Assembly: GCA_964016885.1 (NCBI GenBank)
Contig: OZ024743.1
Coordinates: 141,856,001 to 141,920,000 of the forward strand
Source of the DNA: Eledone cirrhosa
Taxonomy: Eukaryota
Reading direction: 5' to 3'
DNA: 64,000 nt
A program made the position numbers and the translations under genes. Below the pieces are notes generated by a model. That model worked only from the letters and a program-made list of their open reading frames with translations, did no database searches and was not told where the DNA came from. Of this stretch, positions 13,309 through 25,300 are shown one piece after another; the first letter of the stretch is position 1; every line of letters begins with the position of its first letter.

Positions 13309-13950
13309 TTGGTGGCTGGTGTTTGGTGCTTGGTGTTTGGAGTTTGGTGCTTGGTGCTTGGTGCCTGGTGTTTCGTGCTTGGTGCTTGGTGCTTGGTGTT
13401 TGGTGTATGGTGCTTGGTGTTTGGTGTTTGGTACTTGGTGCTTGGTGCTTGGTGCTTGGTGTTTGGTGTTTGCTGTTTGCTGTTTGGTGTTTGGTGTTTG
13501 CTGTTTGGTGTTTGCTGTTTGGTGTTTGGTGTTTGGTGCTTGCTGTTTGGTGCTTGGTGCTTGGTGTTTGGTGTTTGGTGCTTGGTGTTTGGTGCCTGTT
13601 GTTTGGTGTTTGGTGCTTAGTGCTTGGTGTTTGGTGTTTGGTGCTTGGTGCTTGGTGGCTGGTGTTTGGTGCTTGGTGTTTGGAGTTTGGTGCTTGGTGC
13701 TTGGTGCCTGGTGTTTCGTGCTTGGTGCTTGGTGCTTGGTGTTTGGTGTATGGTGCTTGGTGTTTGGTGTTTGGTACTTGGTGCTTGGTGCTTGGTGCTT
13801 GGTGTTTGGTGTTTGCTGTTTGCTGTTTGGTGTTTGGTGTTTGCTGTTTGGTGTTTGCTGTTTGGTGTTTGGTGTTTGGTGCTTGCTGTTTGGTGCTTGG
13901 TGCTTGGTGTTTGGTGTTTGGTGCTTGGTGTTTGGTGCTTGGTGCTTGGT
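13309..13950. repeat. Local tandem duplication of 343 bp (49 units)
   Basis: The string TTGGTGG CTGGTGT ... TTGGAGT ... TTCGTGC ... ATGGTGC ... TTGGTAC plus a TTGCTGT cluster starts at 13309 and again at 13652. Confidence 0.85.
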
Positions 13951-16900
13951 GCTGGGTGTTTGGTGCTTGGTGCTTGGTGTTTGGTGCTTGGTGCTTGGTG
14001 CTTGGTGTTTGGTCCTTGGTGCTTGGTGCTTGGTCTTTGGTGCTTGGGTTTTGGTGTTTGGTGCTTGGTGCTTGGTGTTTGGTGCTTGGTGCTTGGTGCT
14101 TGGTTTTTGGTGCTTGCTGCTTGGCGCTTGGTTTTTGGTGCTTGGTGCTTGGTGATTAGTGTTTGGTGATTGGTGCTTGGGGTTTGGTGTTTGGGGGCTT
14201 GGTGTTTGGTGCGTGGTGCTTGCTGTTTGGTGTTTGGTGCTGGGTGTTTGGTGCTTGGTGCTTGGTGTTTGGTGCTTGGTGCTTGGTGCTTGGTGCTTGG
14301 TGTTTGGTGCCTGGTGCTTGGTGCTTGGTGCTTGCTGTTTGGTGTTTGGTGTTTGGTTCTTGGTGCTTGGTGTTTGGTGTTTGGTGCTTGGTGCTTGGTG
14401 CTTGGTGTTTGGTGCTTGGTGCTTGGTGATTAGTGTTTGGTGATTGGTGCTTGGGGTCTGGTGTTTGGTGCTTGGTGTTTGGTGCTTGGTGCTTGCTGTT
14501 TGGTGTTTGGTGTTTGGTTCTTGGTGCTTGGTGTTTGGTGTTTGGTGCTTGGTGCTTGGTGATTGGTGTTTGGTGCTTGGTGCTTGGTGCTTGGTGTTTG
14601 GTGCTGCGTGCTTGGTGTTTGGTGTTTGGTGCTTGGTGCCTGGGGCTTGTTGTTTGGTGTTTGGTGCTTGGTGCTTGGTGCTTGGTGTTAGGTGTTTGGT
14701 GCTTGGTGCTTGGTGTTTGATATTTGGTCCTTGGTGCTTGTTGTTTGGTGTTTGGTGCTTGGTGCTTGGTGTTTGGTGCTTGGTGCTTGGTGTTTGGTGT
14801 TTGGTGTTTGGTGTTTTTGAGATTGGTGCTTTGTGTTTGGTGCTTGGTGCTTGGTGCTTGGTTCTTGGTGTTAGGCGTTTGGTGCTTGGAGCTTGGTGTT
14901 TGATGTTTGGTCCTTGGTGCTTGGTGTTTGGTATTTGGAACTTGGTGCTTGGTGTTTGGTGTTTGGTGCTTGCTGCTTGCTGCTTGGTGTTTGGTGCTAG
15001 GGACTTGGTGCTTGGTGCTTGGTGTTTGGTGCTTGGTGTTTGGTGTTTGGTGCTTGGTGCGTGGGACTTGGTGTTTGGTGCTTGGTGTTTGGTGCTTGGT
15101 GTTTGGTGCTTGGTGCCTGGTGCTTGGTGTTTGGTGTTTGGTGCTTGGTGTTTGGTGCTTGGTGTTTGGTACTTGGTGTTCGGTGCTTGGTGCTTGGTGC
15201 TTGGTGCTTGGTGTCTGGTGTTTGGTGCTTGGTGCTTGGTGTTTGATGTTTGGTCCTTGGTGCTTGGTGTTTGGTGTTGTGTGCTTGGTGCTTGGTGCTT
15301 GGTGTTTGGTGCTTGGTGCTTGGTGCTTGGTGTTTGGCGTTTGCTGTTTGCTGTTTGGTGTTTGGTGTTTGCTGTTTGGTGTTTGCTGTTTGGTGTTTGG
15401 TGTTTGGTGCTTGGTGCTTGGTGTTTGGTGCTTGGTGCTTGGTGCTTGGTGTTTGGTCCTTGGTGCTTGGTGCTTGGTCTTTGGTGCTTGGGTTTTGGTG
15501 TTTGGTGCTTGGTGCTTGGTGTTTGGTGCTTGGTGCTTGGTGCTTGGTGCTTGGTGTTTGGTGCTTGCTGTTTGGTGCTTGGTGTTTGGTGCTTGGTGCT
15601 TGGTGATTAGTGTTTGGTGCTTGGTTCTTCGGGTTTGGTGTTTGGGGCTTGGTGTTTGGTGCTTGGTGCTTGCTGTTTGGTGATTGGTGTTTGGTTCTTG
15701 GTGCTTGGTGTTTGGTGTTTGGTGTTTGGTGCTTGGTGCTTAGTGCTTGGTGTTTGGTGCTTGGTGCTTGGTGCTTGGTGTTTGGTGCTGCGTGCTTGGT
15801 GTTTGGTGTTTGGTGCTTGGTGCCTGGTGCCTGTTGTTTGGTGTTTGGTGCTTAGTGCTTGGTGTTTGGTGTTTGGTGCTTGGTGCTTGGTGGCTGGTGT
15901 TTGGTGCTTGGTGTTTGGAGTTTGGTGCTTGGTGCTTGGTGCCTGGTGTTTCGTGCTTGGTGCTTGGTGCTTGGTGTTTGGTGTATGGTGCTTGGTGTTT
16001 GGTGTTTGGTACTTGGTGCTTGGTGCTTCTTGCTTGGTGTTAGGTGCTTGGTGTTTGATGCTGCGTGCTTGGTGTTTGGTGTTTGGTGCTTGGTGCTTGG
16101 TGTTTGGTGTTTGGAACTTGGTGCCTGGTGCTTGTTGTTTGGTGTTTGGCGCTTGGTGCTTGGTGTTTGGTGTTTGGTGCTTGGTGCTTGGTGCTTGGTA
16201 TCTGGTGTTTGGTGCTTGATGTTTGGTGTTTGGTGCTTGGTGTTTGGTGTTTGGTGCTTGGTGCTTGGTGTTTGGTGCTTGGTGTTTGGTGCTTGGTGTT
16301 TGATGCTTGGTGTTTGCTGCTTGGTGCTTGGTGCTTGGTGTTTTGTGTTTGGTGCTTGGTGCTTGGTGCCTGGTGCTTGGTGCTTGGTGCTTGTTGTTTG
16401 GTGCTTGGAGCTTGGTGATTAGTGTTTGGTGCTTGGTGCTTGCGGTTTGGTGTTTGGTGCTTGGAGTTTGGTGTTTGGTGCTTGGTGCTTGGTGTTTGGT
16501 GCTTGGTGCTTGGTGCTTGGTGTTTGGTGCTTGGTGCTTGGTGTTTGGTGCTTGGTGCTTGGTGTTTGGTGTTTGGCGTTTGCTGTTTGCTGTTTGGTGT
16601 TTGGTGTTTGCTGTTTGGTGTTTGCTGTTTGGTGTTTGGTGTTTGGTGCTTGCTGTTTGGTGCTTGGTGCTTGGTGTTTGGTGTTTGGTGTTTGGTGCTT
16701 GGTGCTTGGTGTTTGGTGCTTGGTGCTTGGTGCTGGGTGTTTGGTGCTTGGTGCTTGGTGTTTGGTTGTTGGTGCTTGGTGCTTGGTGTTTGGTCCTTGG
16801 TGCTTGGTGCTTGGTCTTTGGTGCTTGGGTTTTGGTGTTTGGTGCTTGGTGCTTGGTGTTTGGTGCTTGGTTCTTGGTGCTTGGTGCTTGGTGTTTGGTG

Positions 16901-18049
16901 ATTGCTGCTTGGTGCTTGGTGTTTGGTGCTTGGTGCTTGGTGATTAGTGTTTGGTGATTGGTGCTTGGGGTTTTCTGTTTGGTGCTTGGTGTTTGGTGCT
17001 TGGTGCTTGCTGTTTGGTGTTTGGTGTTTGGTTCTTGGTGCTTGGTTTTTGGTGTTTGGTGTTTGGTGCTTGGTGCTTAGTGCTTGGTGTTTGGTGCTTG
17101 GTGCTTGGTGCTTGGTGTTTGGTGCTGCGTGCTTGGTGTTTGGTGTTTGGTGCTTGGTGCCTGGTGCTTGTTGTTTGGTGTTTGGTGCTTAGTGCATGGT
17201 GTTTGGTGTTTGGTGCTTGGTGCTTGGTGGCTGGTGCTTGGTGCTTGGTGTTTGGAGTTTGGTGCTTGGTGCTTGGTGCCTGGTGTTTCGTGCTTGGTGC
17301 TTGGTGCTTGGTGTTTGGTGTTTGGTGCTTGGTGTTTGGTGTTTGGAACTTGGTGCTTGGTGCTTGGTGCTTGGTGTTTGGTGCTTGGTGTTTGATGCTG
17401 CGTGCTTGGTGTTTGGTGTTTGGTTCTTGGTGCTTGGTGTTTGGTGTTTGGAGCTTGGTGCCTGCTGCTTGTTGTTTGGTGTTTGGTGCTTGATGTTTGG
17501 TGTTTGTTGCTTGGTGCTTGGTGCTTGGTGTTTGGTGTTTGGTGCTTGGTGCTTGGTGTTTGGAGCTTGGTGTTTGGTGTTTGGTGTTTGATGCTTGGTG
17601 TTTGCTGCTTGGTGCTTGGTGCTTGGTGTTTTGTGTTTGGTGCTTGGTGCTTGGTGCCTGGTGCTTGGTGCTTGGTGCTTGTTGTTTGGTGCTTGGTGCT
17701 TGGTGATTAGTGTTTGGTGCTTGGTGCTTGCGGTTTGATGTTTGGTGCTTGGGGTTTGGTGTTTGGTGCTTGGTGCTTGGTGTTTGGTGCTTGGTGCTTG
17801 GTGCTTGGTGTTTGGTGCTTGGTGCTTGGTGTTTGGTGCTTGGTGCTTGGTGTTTGGTGCTTGGTGTTTGGTGCTTGGTGGTTGGTGCTTGCTGCTTGGT
17901 GTTTGGTGCTTGGTGATTGGTGCTTGGTGTTTTGTGCTTGGTGCTTGGTGTTTGGTGTTTGGTGCTAGGGGCTTGGTGCTTGGTGCTTGGTGTTTGGGGC
18001 TTGGTGCTTGCTGTTTGGTGTTTGGTGCTTGGTGCGTGGGACTTAGTGT

Positions 18050-20500
18050 TTGGTGTTTGGTGCTTGGTGTTGGGTGCTTGGTGTTTGGTGCTTGGTGTTT
18101 GGGGCTTCGTGTTCGGTGCTTGGTGCTTGGTGCTTGGGGCTTGGTGTTTGGTGTTTGGTGCTTGGTGCTTGGTGTTTGATGTTTGGTGCTTGGTGCGTGG
18201 GACTTAGTGTTTGGTGTTTGGTGTTTGGTGTTTGGTGCTTGGTGTTTGGTGTTTGGTGCTTGGTGCTTGGTGTTTGGTGTTTGGTGCTTGGTGCTTGGGG
18301 CTTGGTGTTTGGTGCTTCTGCTTGGGGCTTGGTAGTTGGTGCTTGGTGCTTGGTGCCTGGTGTTTGGTGTTTGGTGTTTGGTGCTTGGTGTATGGTGCTT
18401 GGTGCTTGGTGCTGGGTGGTTGGTGTTTGGTGCTTGGTGCTTGGTGTTTGGTGCTTGGTGCTTGGTGCTTGTTGTTTGGTGCTTGGTGCTTGGTGCTTGG
18501 TCTTTGGTGCATGGTGTTTGGTGTTTCGCGCTTGGTGCTTGGTGCTTCGTGATCGGTGCTTGGTGCTTGGTGCTTGGTGTTTGGTGCTTGGTGCTTGGTG
18601 ATTAGTGTTTGTTGCTTGGTGCTTGGGGTTTGGTGGTTGGTGCTTGGTGCTTGGTGTTTGGTGTTTGGTGTTTGGTGTTTGCTGTTTGCTGTTTGGTGTC
18701 TGCTTTTTGGTGTTTGGTGTTTGCTGTATGGTGTTTGCTGTTTCGTATTTGGTTTTTGCTGTTTGGTGTTTGGTGTTTGCTGTTTGGTGTTTGGTGTTTG
18801 GTGTTTGGTGCTTGGTGCTTGGTGTTTGGCGTTTGGTGCTTGGTGCTTGGTGTTTGGTGCTTGGTGCTTGGTGTTTGGTGTTTGGTGCTTGGTGCCTGGT
18901 GCTTGTTGTATGGTGTTTGGTGCTTGGTGCTTGGTGTTTGGTGTTTGCTGCTTGGTGTCTGGTGTTTGGTGCTTGGTGTTTGGTGTTTGGTGCTTGGTGT
19001 ATGGTGCTTGGTGCTTGGTGCTGGGTGGTTGGTGTTTGGTGTTTGGTGCTTGGTGTTGGGTGCTTGGTGTTTGGTGCTTGGTGTTTGGGGCTTCGTGTTC
19101 GGTGCTTGGTGCTTGGTGCTTGGGGCTTGGTGTTTGGTGTTTGGTGCTTGGTGCTTGGTGTTTGATGTTGGGTCCTTGGTGCGTGGTGTTTGGTGTTTGG
19201 TGCTTGGTGTTTGGTGTTTGGTGCTTGGTGCTTGGTGTTTGGTGTTTGGTGCTTGGTGCTTGGGGCTTGGTGTTTGGTGCTTCTGCTTGGGGCTTGGTAG
19301 TTGGTGCTTGGTGCTTGGTGCCTGGTGTTTGGTGTTTGGTGTTTGGTGCTTGGTGTATGGTGCTTGGTGCTTGGTGCTGGGTGGTTGGTGTTTGGTGCTT
19401 GGTGCTTGGTGTTTGGTGCTTGGTGCTTGGTGCTTGTTGTTTGGTGCTTGGTGCTTGGTGCTTGGTCTTTGGTGCATGGTGTTTGGTGTTTCGCGCTTGG
19501 TGCTTGGTGCTTCGTGATCGGTGCTTGGTGCTTGGTGCTTGGTGTTTGGTGCTTGGTGCTTGGTGATTAGTGTTTGTTGCTTGGTGCTTGGGGTTTGGTG
19601 GTTGGTGCTTGGTGCTTGGTGTTTGGTGTTTGGTGTTTGGTGTTTGCTGTTTGCTGTTTGGTGTCTGCTTTTTGGTGTTTGGTGTTTGCTGTATGGTGTT
19701 TGCTGTTTCGTATTTGGTTTTTGCTGTTTGGTGTTTGGTGTTTGCTGTTTGGTGTTTGGTGTTTGGTGTTTGGTGCTTGGTGCTTGGTGTTTGGCGTTTG
19801 GTGCTTGGTGCTTGGTGTTTGGTGCTTGGTGCTTGGTGTTTGGTGTTTGGTGCTTGGTGCCTGGTGCTTGTTGTATGGTGTTTGGTGCTTGGTGCTTGGT
19901 GTTTGGTGTTTGCTGCTTGGTGTCTGGTGTTTGGTGCTTGGTGTTTGGTGTTTGGTGCTTGGTGTATGGTGCTTGGTGCTTGGTGCTGGGTGGTTGGTGT
20001 TTGGTGCTTGGTGCTTGGTGTTTGGTGCTTGGTGCTTGGTGCTTGTTGTTTGGTGCTTGGTGCTTGGTGCTTGGTCTTTGGTGCATGGTGTTTGGTGTTT
20101 GGCGCTTGGTGCTTGGTGCTTCGTGATTGGTGCTTGGTGCTTGGTGCTTGGTGTTTGGTGCTTGGTGCTTGGTGATTAGTGTTTGTTGCTTGGTGCTTGG
20201 GGTTTGGTGGTTGTTGCTTGGTGCTTGGTGTTTGGTGTTTGCTGTTTGGTGTCTGCTTTTTGGTGTTTGGTGTTTGCTGTATGGTGTTTGCTGTTTCGTA
20301 TTTGGTTTTAGCTGTTTGGTGTTTGGTGTTTGCTGTTTGGTGTTTGGTGTTTGGTGTTTGGTGCTTGGTGCTTGGTGTTTGGCGTTTGGTGCTTGGTGCT
20401 TGGTGTTTGGTGCTTGGTGCTTGGTGTTTGGTGTTTGGTGCTTGGTGCCTGGTGCTTGTTGTATGGTGTTTGGTGCTTGGTGCTTGGTGTTTGGTGTTTG
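18050..20500. repeat. Tandem duplication of 965 bp plus a shorter third copy (~590-610 bp offset)
   Basis: Offsets 18336/19301, 18556/19521 and 18605/19570 all equal 965 (138 units minus 1, from the 6-bp unit TTCTGC); 19570/20179 = 609. Marker CTGCTTT at 18700, 19665 and 20253. Confidence 0.88.
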
Positions 20501-22399
20501 GTGCTTGGTGCTTGGTGTTTGGTGTTTGGTGCTGGGTGCATGGCGTTTGGTGTTTGGTGCTTAGTGCTTGGTGTTTGGTGTTTGATGCTTGGTGTGTGGT
20601 GCTTGGTGCTTGGTGTTTTGTGTTTGGTGCTTGGTGCTTGGTGCCTGGTGCTTGGTGCCTGGTGCTTGGTGTTTGGTGTTTGATGCTTGGTGTTTGGTGT
20701 TTGGTGTTTGGTACTTGGTGTTCGGTGCTTGGTGCTTGGTGCTTGGTGCTTGGTGTTTGGTGTTTGGTGATTGGTGCTTGGTGTTTGATGTTTGGTCCTT
20801 GGTGCTTGGTGTTTGGTGTTGTGTGCTTGGTGCTTGGTGCTTGGTGTTTGGTGCTTGGTGCTTGGTGCTTGGTGTTTGGCGTTTGCTGTTTGCTGTTTGG
20901 TGTTTGGTGTTTGCTGTTTGGTGTTTGCTGTTTGGTGTTTGGTGTTTGGTGCTTGCTGTTTGGTGCTTGGTGCTTGGTGTTTGGTGTTTGGTGCTTGGTG
21001 TTTGGTGCTTGGTGCTTGGTGCTGGGTGTTTGGTGCTTGGTGCTTGGTGTTTGGTGCTTGGTGATTGGTGCTTGGTGTTTGGTCCTTGGTGCTTGGTGCT
21101 TGGTCTTTGGTGCTTGGGTTTTGGTGTTTGGTGCTTGGTGCTTGGTGTTTGGTGCTTGGTGCTTGGTGCTTGGTGCTTGGAGTTTGGTGCTTGCTGCTTG
21201 GTGCTTGGTGTTTGGTGCTTGGTGCTTGGTGATTAGTGTTTGGTGATTGGTGCTTGGGGTTTGGTGTTTGGGGCTTGGTGTTTGGTGCTTAGTGCTTGCT
21301 GTTTGGTGTTTGGTGTTTGGTTCTTGGTGCTTGGTGTTTGGTGTTTGGTGTTTGGTGCTTGGTGCTTGGTGCTTGGTGTTTGGTGCTTGGTGCTTGGTGC
21401 TTGGCGTTTGGTGCTGCGTGCTTGGTGTTTGGTGTTTGGTGCTTGGTGCCTGGTGCTTGTTGTTTGGTGTTTGGTGCTTAGTGCTTGGTTTTTGGTGTTT
21501 GGTGCTTGGTGCTTGGTGGCTGGTGTTTGGTGCTTGGTGTTTGGAGTTTGGTGCTTGGTGCTTGGTGCCTGGTGTTTCGTGCTTGGTGCTTGGTGCTTGG
21601 TGTTTGGTGTTTGGTGCTTGGTGTTTGGTGCTTGGTGTTTGGTGCTTGGTGCTTGGTGCTTGGTGTTAGGTGTTTGGTGCTTGGTGCTTGGTGTTTGATG
21701 TTTGGTCCTTGGTGCTTGTTGTTTGGTGTTTGGTGCTTGGTGCTTGGTGTTTGGTGTTTGGTGCTTGCTGCTTGCTGCTTGGTGTTTGGTGCTTGGTGAT
21801 TGGTGCTTGGTGTTTTATGCTTGGTGCTTGGTGTTTGGTGCTAGGGGCTTGGTGCTTGATGCTTGGTGTTTGGTGCTTGGTGCTTGCTGTTTGGTGTTTG
21901 GTGCTTGGTGCGTGGGACTTAGTGTTTGGTGTTTGGTGCATGGTGTTTGGTGCTTGGTGTTTGGTGTTTGGTACTTGGTGCTTGGTGCTTGGTGCTTGGT
22001 GTTTGGTGCTTGGTGTTTGATGCTGCGTGCTTGGTGTTTGGTGTTTGGTGCTTGGTGCTTGGTGTTTGGTGTTTGGAGCTTGGTGCCTGGTGCTTCTTGT
22101 TTGGTGTTTGGCGCTTGGTGCTTGTTGTTTGGTGTTTGGTGCTTGGTGCTTGGTGCTTGGTATCTGGTGTTTGGTGCTTGGTGTTTGGTGTTTGGTGCTT
22201 GGTGCCTGGGGCTTGTTGTTTGGTGTTTGGTGCTTAGTGCTTGGTGTTTGGTGTTTGGTGCTTGGTGCTTGGTGGCTGGTGCTTGGTGCTTGGTGTTCGG
22301 AGTTTGGTGCTTGGTGCTTGGTGCCTGGTGTTTCGTGCTTGGTGCTTGGTGCTTGGTGTTTGGTGTTTGGTGCTTGGTGTTTGGTGCTTGGTGTTTGGT

Positions 22400-25300
22400 G
22401 CTTGGTGCTTGGTGCTTGGTGTTAGGTGTTTGGTGATTGGTGCTTGGTGTTTGATGTTTGGTCCTTGGTGCTTGTTGTTTGGTGTTTGGTGCTTGGTGCT
22501 TGGTGTTTGGTGTTTGGTGCTTGCTGCTTGCTGCTTGGTGTTTGGTGCTTGGTGATTGGTGCTTGGTGTTTTATGCTTGGTGCTTGGTGTTTGGTGCTAG
22601 GGGCTTGGTGCTTGATGCTTGGTGTTTGGTGCTTGGTGCTTGCTGTTTGGTGTTTGGTGCTTGGTGCGTGGGACTTAGTGTTTGGTGTTTGGTGCTTGGT
22701 GTTTTGTGCTTGGTGTTTGGTGCTTGGTGCTTGGTGTTTGGTGTTTGGTGCTTGGTGCTTGGGACTTGGTGTTTGGTGCTTAGTGTTTGGTGCTTGGTGT
22801 TTGGTGCTTGGTGCTTGGTGCTTGGTGTTTGGTGTATGGTGTTTGGTGCTTGGTGTTTGGTGCTTGGTGCTTGGTGCTGGGTGGTTGGTGTTTGGTGTTT
22901 GGTGCTTGGTGATTGGTGCTTATTGTTTGGTGCTTGGTGCTTGGTGCTTGGTGCTTGGTCTTTGGTGCTTGGTGTTTGGTGTTTGGTGCTTGGTGCTTGG
23001 TGCTTGGTGATTAGTGTTTGGTGCTTGGTGCTTGGTGCCTGGTGCTTGGTGCTTGGTGCTTGTTGTTTGGTGCTTGGTGCTTGGTGATTAGTGTTTGGTG
23101 CTTGGTTCTTGGGGTTTGCTGTTTGGTGCTTGGGGTTTGGTGTTTGGTGCTTGGTGCTTGGTGTTTGGTGCTTGGTGCTTGGTGTTTGGTGCTTGGTGCT
23201 TTGTGTTTGGTGCTTGGTGTTTGGTGCTTGGTGCTTGGTGCTTGGTGCTTGGTGTTAGGTGTTTGGTGCTTGGTGATTGGTGTTTGATGTTAGGTTCTTG
23301 GTGCTTGGTGTTTGGTGTTTGGTGCTTGGTGCTTGGTGTTTGGTGTTTGGTGCTTGCTGCTTGGTGCTTGGTGTTTTGTGTTTGGAGTTTGGTGCTTGGT
23401 GTTTGGTGCTTGGTGCTTGGTGTTTGGTGTTTGGTGTTTGGTGTTTGGTGATTGGTGCTTGGTGTTTGGTGCTTGGTGCTTGGTGCTTGGTGCTTGGTGT
23501 TAGGCGTTTGGTGCTTGGTGCTTGGTGTTTGATGTTTGGTCCTTGGTGCTTGGTGTTTGGTATTTGGAGCTTGGTGCTTGGTGTTTTGTGTTTGGTGCTT
23601 GCTGCTTGCTGCTTTGTGTTTGGTGCTAGGGACTTGGTGCTTGGTGCTTGGTGTTTGGTGCTTGGTGTTTGGTTTTTGGTGCTTGGTGCGTGGGACCTGG
23701 TGTTTGGTGCTTGGTGTTTGGTGCTTGGTGTTTGGTGCTTGGTGCCTGGTGCTTGGTGTTTGGTGTTTGGTGCTTGGTGTTTGGTGCTTGGTGTTTGGTA
23801 CTTGGTGTTCGGTGCTTGGTGCTTGGTGCTTGGTGCTTGGTGTTTGGTGTTTGGTGCTTGGTGCTTGGTGTTTGATGTTTGGTCCTTGGTGCTTGGTGTT
23901 TGGTGTTGTGTGCTTGGTGCTTGGTTCTTGGTGTTTGGTGCTTGGTGCTTGGTGCTTGGTGTTTGGCGTTTGCTGTTTGCTGTTTGGTGTTTGGTGTTTG
24001 CTGTTTGGTGTTTGCTGTTTGGTGTTTGGTGTTTGGTGCTTGGTGCTTGGTGTTTGCTGCTTGGTGCTTGGTGCTTGGTGTTTGGTCCTTGGTGCTTGGT
24101 GCTTGGTCTTTGGTGCTTGGGTTTTGGTGTTTGGTGCTTGGTGCTTGGTGCTTGGTGCTTGGTGCTTGGTGCTTGGTGTTTGGTGCTTGCTGCTTGGTGC
24201 TTGGTGTTTGGTGCTTGGTGCTTGGTGATTAGTGTTTGGTGATTGGTGCTTCGGGTTTGGTGTTTGGGGCTTGGTGTTTGGTGCTTGGTGCTTGCTGTTT
24301 GGTGATTGGTGTTTGGTTCTTGGTGCTTGGTGTTTGGTGTTTGGTGTTTGGTGCTTGGTGCTTGGTGCTTGGTGTTTGGTGCTTGGTGCTTGGTGTTTGG
24401 TGCTGCGTGCTTGGTGTTTGGTGTTTGGTGCTTGGTGCCTGGTGCTTGTTGTTTGGTGTTTGGTGCTTAGTGCTTGGTGTTTGGTGTTTGGTGCTTGGTT
24501 CTTGGTGGCTGGTGTTTGGTGCTTGGTGTTTGGAGTTTGGTGCTTGGTGCTTGGTGCCTGGTGTTTCGTGCTTGGTGCTTGGTGCTTGGTGTTTGGTGTA
24601 TGGTGCTTGGTGTTTGGTGTTTGGTACTTGGGGCTTGGTGCTTGGTGCTTGGTGTTTGGTGCTTGGTGTTTGATGCTGCGTGCTTGGTGTTTGGTGTTTG
24701 GTGCTTGGTGCTTGGTGTTTGGTGTTTGGAGCTTGGTGCCTGGTGCTTGTTGTTTGGTGTTTGGCGCTTGGTGCTTGCTGTTTGGTGTTTGGTGCTTGGT
24801 GCTTGGTGCTTGGTATCTGGTGTTTGGGGCTTGATGTTTGGTGTTTGGTGCTTGGTGTTTGGTGTTTGGTGCTTGGTGCTTGGTGTTTGGTGCTTGGTGT
24901 TTGATGCTTGGTGTTTGATGCTTGGTGTTTGATGCTTGGTGCTTGGTGCTTGGTGTTTTGTGTTTGGTGCTTGGTGCTTGGAGCCTGGTGCTTGGTGCTT
25001 GGTGCTTGTTGTTTGGTGCTTGGTGCTTGGTGATTAGTGTTTGGTGCTTCGTGCTTGCGGTTTGGTGTTTGGTGCCTGGGGTTTGGTGTTTGGTGCTTGG
25101 TGCTTGGTGTTTGGTGCTTGGTGCTTGGTGTTTGGTGTTTGCTGTCTGGTGTTTGCTGTTTGGTGTTTGGTGTTTGGTGCTTGCTGTTTGGTGCTTGGTG
25201 CTTGGTGTTTGGTGTTTGGTGTTTGGTGCTTGGTGCTTGCTGTTTGGTGCTTGGTGCTTGGTGCTGGGTGTTTGGTGCTTGGTGCTTGGTGTTTGGTTGT

